DNA of 64,000 bases from an uncultured Elusimicrobia bacterium (lineage in GTDB: Bacteria > Elusimicrobiota > Elusimicrobia > UBA1565 > UBA9628), in contig CAYHPY010000005.1 in the NCBI GenBank assembly GCA_964358485.1, positions 3,950 through 67,949 of the forward strand, in the 5' to 3' direction. Made by a program: the position numbers and the translations under genes. Each line of letters begins with the position of its first letter. The stretch's first letter is position 1. This document shows positions 47,560-57,020 of the stretch, piece after piece. Below the pieces are notes generated by a model. That model made no database searches, was not told where the DNA came from, and saw only the letters and a program-made list of their open reading frames with translations.

Positions 47560-49883
47560 GCCACGCCCCCGACCGCCGTGGTCGAATCCGCCAGAAAGGA
47601 GTAAGCCGCGATCTGGTCATGAATGTCGTCCGGCAGGGGATGGCCCGGGACCGCCTCCGGAACCCCGACCTCCGCGCGGACCTTCCCGATCCACTCCAAG
47701 GCCTCGGCGTCCAGGCCGAGCCGGAAATAGCAGGCCGCCAGCTCATAATAGAGGCCGGCCCGCCGAGCGGGCTGAAGCGGCCCGGAGCACCCGCAGGAGA
47801 CCGCGATCTTGAGGGTTTCCACCGCGCGCTCCGGCTCCCCTTTAATAAGGAGGATCCGGCTCATCTTGCGGTGCGCCTCGCTTTTGAGGGGATCGGAATT
47901 ATCGAGCAGTTCGGAGCAGCGCTCATAATACCCCAGGGCCGCGTCCACCTCGTTGGCGGGGATGTGGCAGTCCCCCAGGCGGCTGAGGATCCTGGCCTTG
48001 GAGACTCCCGCCGACTCCTTGCGCTCCCCCAGCAATTCCAGGGAGCGCTTGTCCCAATGGGCGGCCTGGTCGAAGGAAAAGCGCCGGGCCGCGTCCGCGG
48101 CGATGCGGTTGAGAATCGGCAGGGCCTTTTCCGCGTCGCCGGCTTCATAAAGGTGGTCCGCGGCGCATTCGGACCCGATTTTTCCGGCGGCCAGCGCCCA
48201 GTCGGCGGCGCGGCGATGGAACTCCCGGCGCTGTTCCCGGAGCAGGCTGTCGCGCCCCGCGTCCTGAAAAAGGCAGTGGGCGAAGGAGAAGCGATCCTCC
48301 GCCTCCCCCGGACGAATGGACTTGGCCAACAGGCGCTTGGTCACCAAGGCCTCCAGGACCCGGGAGGTCCCCCCGGCCCCGAACACCGCCTCGAATTCCC
48401 CGGGCGGAAATTCCGTCCCCAGGATGCTGGCGGCCTGGACGGCTTTTTTCTCCTCGGCCGGAAGCTGGTCCAGGCGGGACAACAACAGGGCCTGGACGGT
48501 GGAGGGAATTTTCAAGCTGACATCGCCGGCCGACAAGGTCCAGGCCCCTTTCCTGCGGATCAGTTTCTCCCTTTCCGCCAGGCTCCAGACCAGTTCGGTC
48601 AGAAAAAACGGGTTGCCTCCGGCCGAACCAATCAACCGCGCCCGAAAGGGCGCGGTCAAATTATTTTTTCCGAGAGTTTTTTCCAAAATGTCGTTGCTCT
48701 CTTTTTCCAGAAACGGTTTCAGAGAAACCTGCACGAAGTTCTCCGCCGCCGGCCAGTACGCATTGCGCTCCGCCGAGGGACGGAAGGCGCACAGCAGGAG
48801 AATCCGCGCGCCCCGCAGGCGGTTCATCAGAAATCCCAGCAATTCCCAGGATCCGGCGTCCGAAAAATGAAGGTCCTCGAGCACCACCGCCAGCGGCGAG
48901 GCGGCCGCGGCGCGAACCAATCCCGACTCCAGACCGATGAAAAACCGGTCCTTCCACCGCGCGTCGTTGTCCGGCGGCAGGCCCGAGGCCTCCGGCAGCT
49001 TCCTGGCCAAATCGCGGAAAATCCCGTAGGGGCCGAGCCCCTGGGGCGGGCAGGTGATCCGGAAAATCCGAACCGCCTCTTTTTCCCCCCGCGCCCGGGC
49101 CTTGCCCAGGAATTTCTCAAGCAAGGTGGTCTTGCCCATTCCCGCGTCCCCGATCAAGGCCGCCGTGGTGCAGTCTCCGGAGAGCGCGGAGTCCAAGGCG
49201 TTTTCCAGCAGGGCCAACTCCCGCTTTCTGCCGATGAAGGCCGGGCGGATGGCCGCCGGACGCGCGCCGGTGTACTCCCCTTCGGCGGGGCCCAGCACCT
49301 CATGCAAATGAAGCGGCTTGACCTTGCCCTTGACCGCCACCGGCTTGAGCGCTTTGAGCCGAAACCGGCCCCCCACGAGCCGGGCCGTTTCGGCCCCGAC
49401 CCACACCCGTCCGGCCTGGGCGTGGTGCTCGATGCGGGACGCCGTGTTGACCGAATCTCCCATCACCGTGAAGGAGCTTTTCTGAAGGGAACCGACTTTC
49501 CCCGCCACCGCCTCCCCGGTATTGAGGCCGATCCTCATGGAGACGGTCAGTCCCCGGGTGTTGCGCAGCTCCGCGCTGAACGCCGCCAGCACGGTCTGCA
49601 TGCGCAGGGCCGCCTCCACCGCGCGCACGGCGTCGTCCTCCCGGGCGGAAGGAACCCCGAACAGGGCCATCAGGCAGTCCCCGACGTACTTGTCCACCAT
49701 GCCGCCGTGGTCATAGACCACCTGGGAGAGCAGTCCGAAGCAATGGTTCATGACCGCCCGAACGTCCTCGGAGTCCAGCTTCTCGGACATGGCGGTAAAT
49801 CCGCTCACGTCGGCGAACATCACCGTGACCAAGCGGCGCTCGGCTTGGCCCAACGCCTCCGTTTCCACCCGGGGGTCGGCCAT
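47556..49883 (-). CDS. Class III adenylate cyclase with STAND-type ATPase and TPR domains
   Basis: VTVMFADVSGFT, DKYVGD, RIGLNTG, GDSVNTASR; Walker A GDAGMGKT; Walker B VVLEDLH; GNPFFL; TPR-like tail. Confidence 0.92.
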   Translation of the reverse strand: MADPRVETEALGQAERRLVTVMFADVSGFTAMSEKLDSEDVRAVMNHCFGLLSQVVYDHGGMVDKYVGDCLMALFGVPSAREDDAVRAVEAALRMQTVLAAFSAELRNTRGLTVSMRIGLNTGEAVAGKVGSLQKSSFTVMGDSVNTASRIEHHAQAGRVWVGAETARLVGGRFRLKALKPVAVKGKVKPLHLHEVLGPAEGEYTGARPAAIRPAFIGRKRELALLENALDSALSGDCTTAALIGDAGMGKTTLLEKFLGKARARGEKEAVRIFRITCPPQGLGPYGIFRDLARKLPEASGLPPDNDARWKDRFFIGLESGLVRAAAASPLAVVLEDLHFSDAGSWELLGFLMNRLRGARILLLCAFRPSAERNAYWPAAENFVQVSLKPFLEKESNDILEKTLGKNNLTAPFRARLIGSAGGNPFFLTELVWSLAEREKLIRRKGAWTLSAGDVSLKIPSTVQALLLSRLDQLPAEEKKAVQAASILGTEFPPGEFEAVFGAGGTSRVLEALVTKRLLAKSIRPGEAEDRFSFAHCLFQDAGRDSLLREQRREFHRRAADWALAAGKIGSECAADHLYEAGDAEKALPILNRIAADAARRFSFDQAAHWDKRSLELLGERKESAGVSKARILSRLGDCHIPANEVDAALGYYERCSELLDNSDPLKSEAHRKMSRILLIKGEPERAVETLKIAVSCGCSGPLQPARRAGLYYELAACYFRLGLDAEALEWIGKVRAEVGVPEAVPGHPLPDDIHDQIAAYSFLADSTTAVGGVA

Positions 49884-51070
49884 CAATCCCCCAGCACGAC
49901 GAAGGCGGTGCTGGCGTGGGTGTAGCGGCTGACGCCCCGCCCCCCAGGCCCTTTGAGCACCCCGATCTCGCTGCCCGAATACATTCCCACCAGGGGAGCC
50001 GAGCCGGCGGCCTCGGCGAGCGCCTTGAGCTCGGCTTGAATCAAGCCCTGGGACCCGAGCTGGATTTTCCGGCCGTAGCAGTCGAAAACGAGGGCGAGCC
50101 GCGCCGTCGAGGGCTTAAGCGCGCGCGCCGCCTCCCGGGCGGCCCGGCGCGTGTCTTCCAGGATGGAATCGCTCCGGGTCCGGACGAAGACGTAGCGGCG
50201 GCCCTCCTGGATCGGGGTTCCGCACAGCACCGTCTTGCGGGCCCGGTCGGCGCCCCAGAAACCCATCAGCGGGAATTCCTCAAAGCCCTCCTCGAGCTTG
50301 CCGCAAGAGACGGAGAACGCCGAGAAGGGAAGGCCGCTGGAACAGGCGACGCCGAGGGTCTCCTCCAAAACTTCCAATGCCGGCCGGCCGTCGAGTTCCA
50401 CGAGGATGTTTCCCTTGGCCTTGGTCAAAGTGAACGGTTTGCCCACCGCGACGGCCCCATGGGAGAAACCGAAGGATAAACGGAATTCCCCTCCCAGCAA
50501 CATGGCCGCGCAGCCCCCCGCCAGGACCCGCGTCCCCAGGAATTGTTTGGACACGGGGCTTTGCTCCATGATCAAGCCCGTTCCCGTGCCTCCGCCCACG
50601 ACCGGGAAATTCTCCCCCAAAACGGAGCGGACTCCGTCCACCAAGCGGGCGCAATCGCCCATCTGCGGCTCATGAAAGAGGATCAGCAGTTTTCCCGGCC
50701 CCTCGAGGGCCGCGGCCGCCCGCTGCGCCGCCGACCGCCCGGCGGCGAAAGCGTCGTGGGCCAGGCCCGTCCCCAGGCCGAGGCCGGCCCGGATGTCCCC
50801 CGACAGGGCCAACAGGACATGAGCCTCTTCCTCCAACGAAGAGCCCAGGATCGCGCCGTAGGTCGTGCCCCCGATCAAGGGGCAGCCGCCGGAAAGCCGG
50901 GATAATTCGGCGACGACTCCCAGGTGCTCCTTTCCGGAGAAAGGGCTGAAAAGAATCAGAGCCCGGGGCGGGGCGGAAAGGTTGGCGGTCGCGCCTTTCC
51001 AGAGCTCGGCGGCCTGGGTGGAAGCCGAGCCCCGCGAGGACGCGCGGCCGACGCCGGCGGAAAGCGCCAT
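49883..51070 (-). CDS. FIST N/C domain protein (NosP-like sensor)
   Basis: LIGGTT, VVGGG, FDCYGRK, GMYSGSEIG, HAST. Confidence 0.85.
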   Translation of the reverse strand: MALSAGVGRASSRGSASTQAAELWKGATANLSAPPRALILFSPFSGKEHLGVVAELSRLSGGCPLIGGTTYGAILGSSLEEEAHVLLALSGDIRAGLGLGTGLAHDAFAAGRSAAQRAAAALEGPGKLLILFHEPQMGDCARLVDGVRSVLGENFPVVGGGTGTGLIMEQSPVSKQFLGTRVLAGGCAAMLLGGEFRLSFGFSHGAVAVGKPFTLTKAKGNILVELDGRPALEVLEETLGVACSSGLPFSAFSVSCGKLEEGFEEFPLMGFWGADRARKTVLCGTPIQEGRRYVFVRTRSDSILEDTRRAAREAARALKPSTARLALVFDCYGRKIQLGSQGLIQAELKALAEAAGSAPLVGMYSGSEIGVLKGPGGRGVSRYTHASTAFVVLGD

Positions 51071-51079
51071 GGATCCCGG

Positions 51080-51862
51080 TCAGGCCGCGTCGTAACGGTC
51101 GACGCGGGCGGCGAGATCCTCCAGCCATTCATGGAGGCCGGACGCCGCCGACCGGACCTCCTCGGGGTCCAACGGGGGCGCCTTGAGACGGAGCTGGAGG
51201 ACGGCTTGAACGGGACCCGCCTCCAGCTTGAGGCGGGAGCAGGCTTCCCGGATGACGGCCGCGGCATATTCGGGAACGTCCTGCTGTTCCAACCTAAGCA
51301 GGCTTTTGAGGATGATCAAGGCGGAGTTGAAGGTTTTCATCAGCCCCCGCTCCAAGGCCTCCGGCTCGGCCCCCGCGGTAAGCCAGGACCGCAGCATCAG
51401 CAGGCGCCCGCGCAGTTCGTATTCCAGTTGATGGCGGAGATTCACCGGATTGATCGTCAAGCCGGAGAGAAAATCCTTGCCGGCCAGGACGCGCCGGCGT
51501 TTCTGCATTTCCAGGAACTCCATCGGGAAGACGTCCTGGGCCTGGGTGATTTCCTGATCGGTGAGAAACAGAGGGGACACCCGATTGCTCTCGATCCATT
51601 CCCGGAACCCCTTGCGGCTGAAGGATCCATGCCCGGGGTCGACGGAGTCGAGCACGGCCAAAACGTTGATGTCGGATATGTCGGGGCGATATTCCAGGCC
51701 CGCGGCGCTCCCGTAGAGGATGAGGGCTTTGAGGTTCAGGCCGAAATTGCTTTCAAAAACCTTCTTCAACTCCATCAGCCGGCTTTCGGGAATCGTCTCC
51801 GCTTCTTGCGTTTCGGTGCCCATCGTCGCAGGAACCTCCTCGTCCGGGGCCGACTTTACCAT
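51080..51862 (-). CDS. Pol-beta superfamily nucleotidyltransferase with C-terminal helical domain
   Basis: LILYGSAA...SDINVL, DVFPME, R..L.G.D. Confidence 0.75.
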   Translation of the reverse strand: MVKSAPDEEVPATMGTETQEAETIPESRLMELKKVFESNFGLNLKALILYGSAAGLEYRPDISDINVLAVLDSVDPGHGSFSRKGFREWIESNRVSPLFLTDQEITQAQDVFPMEFLEMQKRRRVLAGKDFLSGLTINPVNLRHQLEYELRGRLLMLRSWLTAGAEPEALERGLMKTFNSALIILKSLLRLEQQDVPEYAAAVIREACSRLKLEAGPVQAVLQLRLKAPPLDPEEVRSAASGLHEWLEDLAARVDRYDAA

Positions 51863-51908
51863 TTATCCTGGCGCCCCGGCGATAGAGATGATATCATTGC
51901 TTCCGTCA

Positions 51909-52586
51909 ATGAAATCCAGGAATATTTCGGCTGCGGCCCTGCTCTTTCTGGCCCTGGGACCCGCCCCCCGGGCCTTCGCAGCCCCGGGGCAATGGTCCCT
52001 CACGCTGACCCCGGGCTGGGCCGCGCCGGCGGGCCACAGCGGCAAGGGAGACCGCTTCCAGGATGAAAACGGCGGGTCCTTCCACATGGGCGCCGGGCTT
52101 AATTACGAGCTGGAGGAATTCGGCTGGTTCGGGGTGGAAATGGGCCTCTCCACCGGCCACAAGTTCGAGGGCCGCTTCGACCGCCTGGACCTCGACGGCG
52201 ACCGGACCAACGATTCGGTCACCTACACCTCGGACATGAAGACCGTCTCGTTTCACCTCACCCCGATCATGAAGGTCGGGGGAAGCTTCGATGCGGACAT
52301 CCGCTACTACTTCAGCCTTGGGGCGGGACCTTATTTTTATTGGAGGGACGCGGGAACGGCCGTGGTCTCGGGCGCGGGAACCACCGGGGCCAGCCTGGAC
52401 GGGAGGACCGTCCCCTTCGCGAACTCCTCCCACGCCTACATGGGCTTCAACATCGGCCACGGCCTGGGATATGAGGTGGCCGATCACGTGGAGCTGGGGA
52501 TGGACATCCGCTACCACATGGTCTTCCGCCCCGGAGAGCTCTCCGGGATCATCATCCCGGGCGGGCGGCTGACGGTGCTTTTCTGA
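51909..52586 (+). CDS. Outer-membrane beta-barrel protein (OmpA/OmpW-like TM domain)
   Basis: Signal peptide, alternating beta strands and C-terminal Phe. Start re-placed at ATG 51909. Confidence 0.82.
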   Translation: MKSRNISAAALLFLALGPAPRAFAAPGQWSLTLTPGWAAPAGHSGKGDRFQDENGGSFHMGAGLNYELEEFGWFGVEMGLSTGHKFEGRFDRLDLDGDRTNDSVTYTSDMKTVSFHLTPIMKVGGSFDADIRYYFSLGAGPYFYWRDAGTAVVSGAGTTGASLDGRTVPFANSSHAYMGFNIGHGLGYEVADHVELGMDIRYHMVFRPGELSGIIIPGGRLTVLF

Positions 52587-53068
52587 TGAATACTCCCAAG
52601 GCCAAGCCCGTCCGCGAGTCGGTCACCCGCGTGGCCGACCTGATGTCCCCCCCGGACGCCAACATCCGCGGCTCGGTCTTCGGGGGCAAGATTCTCCAGA
52701 TGGTCGACAAGGCGGCCGCCGTTTGCGCCATGCGCCATTCGGGCATGTCCTGCGTGACCGTCGCCATGGACCGCGTGGAGTTCCTGGTTCCGATCACGAT
52801 CAGTGATTTCGTGATCGTTGAGGCCCGCCCGAACTTCGCGGGCAAGACCTCCCTGGAGATCGGCGTGGAGGTGTACGCGGAAAATCTGACGACCGGGGAG
52901 CGCCGGCACGCCAACTCCTGCCTGGTCACCATGGTCGCGGTGGATTCCGAAGGCCGGCCGGCCTCCGTTCCCGGCCTGATCCTGGAGACGCCCGAGGAAA
53001 AGGAGCGGCACGCCGCGGCCGAGGCCCGCCGCCGGGCCCGCCACGCCCCGCCCGGGCCGGGAAAATGA
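52586..53068 (+). CDS. Acyl-CoA thioesterase (HotDog fold, YciA-like)
   Basis: P.DAN..G.VFGG..L...D; VT......F..PI; G.TSLEIGV. Confidence 0.9.
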   Translation: MNTPKAKPVRESVTRVADLMSPPDANIRGSVFGGKILQMVDKAAAVCAMRHSGMSCVTVAMDRVEFLVPITISDFVIVEARPNFAGKTSLEIGVEVYAENLTTGERRHANSCLVTMVAVDSEGRPASVPGLILETPEEKERHAAAEARRRARHAPPGPGK

Positions 53069-53484
53069 AGCGCCCCCGCTTCATCTCGAAATTCGGCTGG
53101 GAGGGCGACGGGGGGATCGGAGAAAAGCTCATCCAGCAGATCCAGCACGGCATCAAGACCGCCACCGCCTGCCCGAAACTGCTCTACACCGCCCAGGAGC
53201 TCAAGGAGCTCCACGCCAGCGTCGGAAAGATCGTCACCGTCGTGGACAAGCGCGACCAGCCCCGGGCCCAGATCAAACAGCTCGAGATTTTCGAAACCCC
53301 CTTCGGAAATCCGGACCTCCGGCTCGTCAAAGGGGAAGGCTGCTCGGAGCCGGGCCAATGGCGCCGCAAACACCGCCATGTCTGGGACGACCTGTTCGAG
53401 AAGGCCGGTAAGACCCTGGACAACGACACCATCCTGGTCGTCGAGCTTTTCATGCGCTGGCCGCCCATCGCGGGACACAATTGA
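53065..53484 (+). CDS. ASCH domain protein
   Basis: G.KTAT, VG....V.D, EG......W...H..W... Confidence 0.7.
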   Translation: MKRPRFISKFGWEGDGGIGEKLIQQIQHGIKTATACPKLLYTAQELKELHASVGKIVTVVDKRDQPRAQIKQLEIFETPFGNPDLRLVKGEGCSEPGQWRRKHRHVWDDLFEKAGKTLDNDTILVVELFMRWPPIAGHN

Positions 53485-53485
53485 A

Positions 53486-54316
53486 ATGATTTCGCTCTTC
53501 CTGCCCCTGCTCCTCGGCGCCTGCGCCCAGGAACCCTCCCCGGCGGTCCTGCTCCGCGCTTACTCGCACAACGACTACCTCCAGGCCCGGCCCCTGCTGG
53601 ACGCCCTGGACCGGGGCTTTTTCGGAGTCGAGGCCGACGTCCATCTTAAGGACGGGGAACTCCTGATCGGACATGAGGCGGGGGACCTCAAGGCCGGCGT
53701 CACGCTGAAAAAACTTTACCTGGACCCGCTTCTGGCTCGGGCGCGGGCGACCGGCGGCAAGATCCACCCCGGGGGCCCGAAAGGTTTTTTGCTCATGGTC
53801 GAATTCAAGTCCGACGGGGACGCCTCCTACCGGGTCCTGCGGGAACAGCTCAAGGACTACGAGGAAATGCTGACGGTCTTCACCGACGACGCCGTCGAGG
53901 AGCGCGCGATCACCATTCTCATTTCCGGAAAGCGCCCGGAACGCCTGCTCCTGGAGGAACCGGCCCGTCCCGCCGCCTTGGACGGGAATTTCGGGGATTT
54001 CGACCGGACGGAAAAAACCCTGTTTCCCGTCATCAGCGACTACTGGTGGAAAATCCTCGGCCCCAAGGGAACCTTGGACCGGATCGCCCTGGCCCGGCTC
54101 AAGCACTTCGCGCAACGGGCCCACGACCGCGGCCGCCAAATCCGTTTTTACGGCGCGCCGAACGCCGAATGGTCCTGGCGGCTGCTCTACGAGGCGGGGA
54201 TCGACCGGATCAACGCCGACGATCTGGAGGGCCTGCGGAAATTCCTCCTGTCCCGGGAGCCCCGCCCCATCGACCGCGCGGAAAACGCGGTCGGCCTTAT
54301 CGCCGCGCCGCTTTGA
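53486..54316 (+). CDS. PLC/GDPD-like phosphodiesterase lipoprotein (Aim6-like)
   Basis: Lipobox LLGAC; SHNDY; GVEADV; LIGH; LYLDPL. Start at ATG 53486. Confidence 0.75.
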   Translation: MISLFLPLLLGACAQEPSPAVLLRAYSHNDYLQARPLLDALDRGFFGVEADVHLKDGELLIGHEAGDLKAGVTLKKLYLDPLLARARATGGKIHPGGPKGFLLMVEFKSDGDASYRVLREQLKDYEEMLTVFTDDAVEERAITILISGKRPERLLLEEPARPAALDGNFGDFDRTEKTLFPVISDYWWKILGPKGTLDRIALARLKHFAQRAHDRGRQIRFYGAPNAEWSWRLLYEAGIDRINADDLEGLRKFLLSREPRPIDRAENAVGLIAAPL

Positions 54317-55358
54317 CCGCCCGCTCCAAAGCCAGTTCCACCCCGGTCGCGTTCCAATGCGTGTCGGCCGGATAATACACCGGCTCCGGGGCGGACTTAA
54401 AAGGCTCCCAAAGACGAATCACCTTCACCCCCCGCTTTTCCACCACGTCGCACAGGCGCGATAAAAAACCGTCGTAGGCGCCATGAACCTTGGGGTCGTG
54501 GTAGAGGCTCATGGCGTTGGGGACCGGCATGAAGACCAAGGTCGCGTCGAACCGGTGCCGAAGCTGGGCGGCCTGGGAGGCCACGGTGTCGGCCATGCGG
54601 GCCACGGCGTCCTCGGGATGGGGCCGGTAAAAACTGGAGAGCAAGGACGGCTCCGCCTCCTGGCGGGAGAACAGGCGCGGCGGGTTCACGGTGTAAGCGG
54701 GGGTCTGGGCGGGCATCCGGCCGAACCAGCGGTACAGGGCGGTGTTGACGGCCTCGATATACGGCGCGGTCGCGTCGCTGTTGTACAGAAGAAAACGCTG
54801 TCGCTTGTCGGTTTCCCCGAGCCAGCGTTCCCAGACTTGAGCGACGAAGGGAAACAACGGGTCCCGCCCCGGCCCTTCGCGCCCCGGGCAGGCGGCGGGC
54901 GTCTCAAAACGCTCCACCAAGGACCGCTCCACGCTTTCCATGATCAGGACGCGGGGGCGGCGGGGTTTGCCCGCCAGGGCCTCCTCCATCATGCAGACCG
55001 GAGACGGCGCGGCCCAGCCGCCGAAATAGACCGGCTCCCTTAGGCGGGCCCCCAGCATCAACGGCAGGGCCGGATGCCCGCGCCGGTCGGCCATGAAGCT
55101 GTCCCCCAGGACGAAGACCCGGTGAGCGTCCGCCAGTTCCGCGGGCGTGTTCTCCAGGCGCGGCCCCACCTCCGGGGGCAGGCGGACGGGGCGAAAGTCC
55201 CGCACCTTGGCCTCCCGGTAAAGGTCGCCGTAGTCCATGCTGGCCTTGCAGAGGGTCTTCATGGTGTAGGAGTAGGGCGACTTGCTCATCACGAACACCC
55301 AGAGCGCTCCGGCGGCGGCCAGGCGAAAGAGATTGAGGAGTATGGAGTCGGCGATCAT
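54297..55358 (-). CDS. SGNH-type O-acetyltransferase (AlgJ/AlgX-like)
   Basis: GDSF, ESVER, VPN, DTHW. Coupled to the upstream MBOAT gene. Confidence 0.8.
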   Translation of the reverse strand: MIADSILLNLFRLAAAGALWVFVMSKSPYSYTMKTLCKASMDYGDLYREAKVRDFRPVRLPPEVGPRLENTPAELADAHRVFVLGDSFMADRRGHPALPLMLGARLREPVYFGGWAAPSPVCMMEEALAGKPRRPRVLIMESVERSLVERFETPAACPGREGPGRDPLFPFVAQVWERWLGETDKRQRFLLYNSDATAPYIEAVNTALYRWFGRMPAQTPAYTVNPPRLFSRQEAEPSLLSSFYRPHPEDAVARMADTVASQAAQLRHRFDATLVFMPVPNAMSLYHDPKVHGAYDGFLSRLCDVVEKRGVKVIRLWEPFKSAPEPVYYPADTHWNATGVELALERAVKAARR

Positions 55359-56746
55359 TAAAATTGAAAGTAGATGAAGCTCTGGGACTCCATGACCCCG
55401 AACGCCCCCAGGGCCAGCGCCAGCCCGCCCGCGAAAGCCCAGCGCAGGCTCCGGGGGTGCTTGGCGCCGAATTCCCCGATCCCGCGGCCGTTTTCCGAAT
55501 GATCCACGATCCACAGAAGAGCCAATCCCGCCAGGCACACCGCCGCGCGCCGGGGCTCCAAGCCGAAACTCCCGTCCCAGGTCCGCGGGTCGAAGGTCCG
55601 CGCCAGGATCGTGAAGGCCTCCCCCACGCTCCTAGCCCGGAAGAAGACCCAGGCAAGAGCCACGGCGTGGAAGGTGGCCGCGACCCCCAACCAACGGGGC
55701 GGCGCCCGCTTGGTCCCTTCGGAAGTCAACCGGTAAAGCCCGTGCAGCAGCCCCCAGCACACAAAGGTCCAGTTGGCCCCGTGCCACAGCCCGCTCACCA
55801 GAAACACGATCATGACATTGGCCGCCCACCGCCGAGGGCCGACCTGATTGCCCCCCAAGGGCAGGTACAGGTAATCCCGGAACCAGGAGGACAGGGAGAT
55901 GTGCCAGCGCCGCCAGAACTCCCCGATGGAGGCCGAGCCGTAGGGCGCGTCGAAATTCTTCATGAGGTCGATGCCCAGAACCTTGGCGACGCCGCGGGCG
56001 ACGTCGGAGTAGCCTGAGAAGTCGCAGTAGATTTGGAAGGTAAAGGCGTAGGTGGCCAGGGCCAAAGCCCCCCCGGAGGCTTGGACGGGGTGTCCGTAGG
56101 CGGCGTCCACGAGGGGAGACAGGTTATCGGCCACCACCATCTTTTTGAACAGGCCCCACAGCATCAACCCCATGCCGGCCAGCGCGCGGCGGTGCTCGAA
56201 CTTCTGTTCCGCGCGAAATTGCCCGATCAAGTGGCCCGGACGCTCGATGGGGCCGGCCACCAACTGGGGAAAGAACAGAACATAGAGCGCGAAAATGCCG
56301 GGATGGCGCTCCGCCTTGACCTTGCCGCGGTAGAGGTCGATGGTGTAGGCCATGGACTGGAAGGTATGGAAGGAGAGGCCGATGGGCAGGGCCACTTTCA
56401 GGGCGGGCGCGGCGTAATCCAGCCCAAGGCGGCCGAGCGCGGGCGCCAGGCTCTCGGCGAAAAAGCCGAAGTACTTGAACCAGCACAAAATCCCCAGGTT
56501 GCAGGCCAGGCTGACGGCCAAGGTCAGGCGCCGCTCCAGACCTTGGGCCCGCTCCAGGACCAATCCGGCCATGTAGTCCACCGCGATGACCAGAAAGAGG
56601 ATGAGGATGTACTTGGGGATGAAGACCATGTAGAAATAACAGCTGGCGGCCAGGAGGAAGGCCCAACGGAAGCGATGCGGCATGGAGAAGTGGGCCGCGA
56701 CGACCATGATGAAGTAAAGGGCGAATTCTAGGGAGTTGAACAGCAC
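55358..56746 (-). CDS. MBOAT family O-acyltransferase (AlgI/PatA/DltB-like)
   Basis: LPIGLSFHTFQ, FFPQLVAGPIER, YCDFSGYSD, EFWRRWHISLS, GLWHGANW, FIYFQF. Confidence 0.93.
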   Translation of the reverse strand: MLFNSLEFALYFIMVVAAHFSMPHRFRWAFLLAASCYFYMVFIPKYILILFLVIAVDYMAGLVLERAQGLERRLTLAVSLACNLGILCWFKYFGFFAESLAPALGRLGLDYAAPALKVALPIGLSFHTFQSMAYTIDLYRGKVKAERHPGIFALYVLFFPQLVAGPIERPGHLIGQFRAEQKFEHRRALAGMGLMLWGLFKKMVVADNLSPLVDAAYGHPVQASGGALALATYAFTFQIYCDFSGYSDVARGVAKVLGIDLMKNFDAPYGSASIGEFWRRWHISLSSWFRDYLYLPLGGNQVGPRRWAANVMIVFLVSGLWHGANWTFVCWGLLHGLYRLTSEGTKRAPPRWLGVAATFHAVALAWVFFRARSVGEAFTILARTFDPRTWDGSFGLEPRRAAVCLAGLALLWIVDHSENGRGIGEFGAKHPRSLRWAFAGGLALALGAFGVMESQSFIYFQF

Positions 56747-56756
56747 GGGCAGTTCA

Positions 56757-56786
56757 AGTATAGCGGTCCGGGCGAGGGGGCGTCAA
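56757..56786 (-). promoter_or_regulatory. sigma70-type promoter immediately upstream of the MBOAT start
   Basis: Minus strand TTGACG-N18-TATACT, with -10 ending 10 nt before the GTG. Confidence 0.65.
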
Positions 56787-56840
56787 ACGGGGAGGCGCGT
56801 CCACGCGGGGTCGAGGGGGGCCGCCCAGAAGGGGCGTTTT

Positions 56841-56899
56841 ACCAAACGCGGGCAGTTTGGCGTTTGGTTTTACTAAACGCGAATGTGCCGGCGTTTAGT
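56841..56899. repeat. Two tandem 9-bp-stem hairpins with 31-nt period
   Basis: ACCAAACGC-N10-GCGTTTGGT-TTT followed by ACTAAACGC-N10-GCGTTTAGT-TTT. Confidence 0.85.
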
Positions 56900-57020
56900 T
56901 TTAACGCAACCATGCGGGGACGCTCTTCGGAAGGGTTACGGCCTGCCGCTGGGCTCTCCGTTCATTTTTTCATGATGCTCCCTACAAACTCGATGGGAAA
57001 GCTCATCAAGGAGAACTGCC

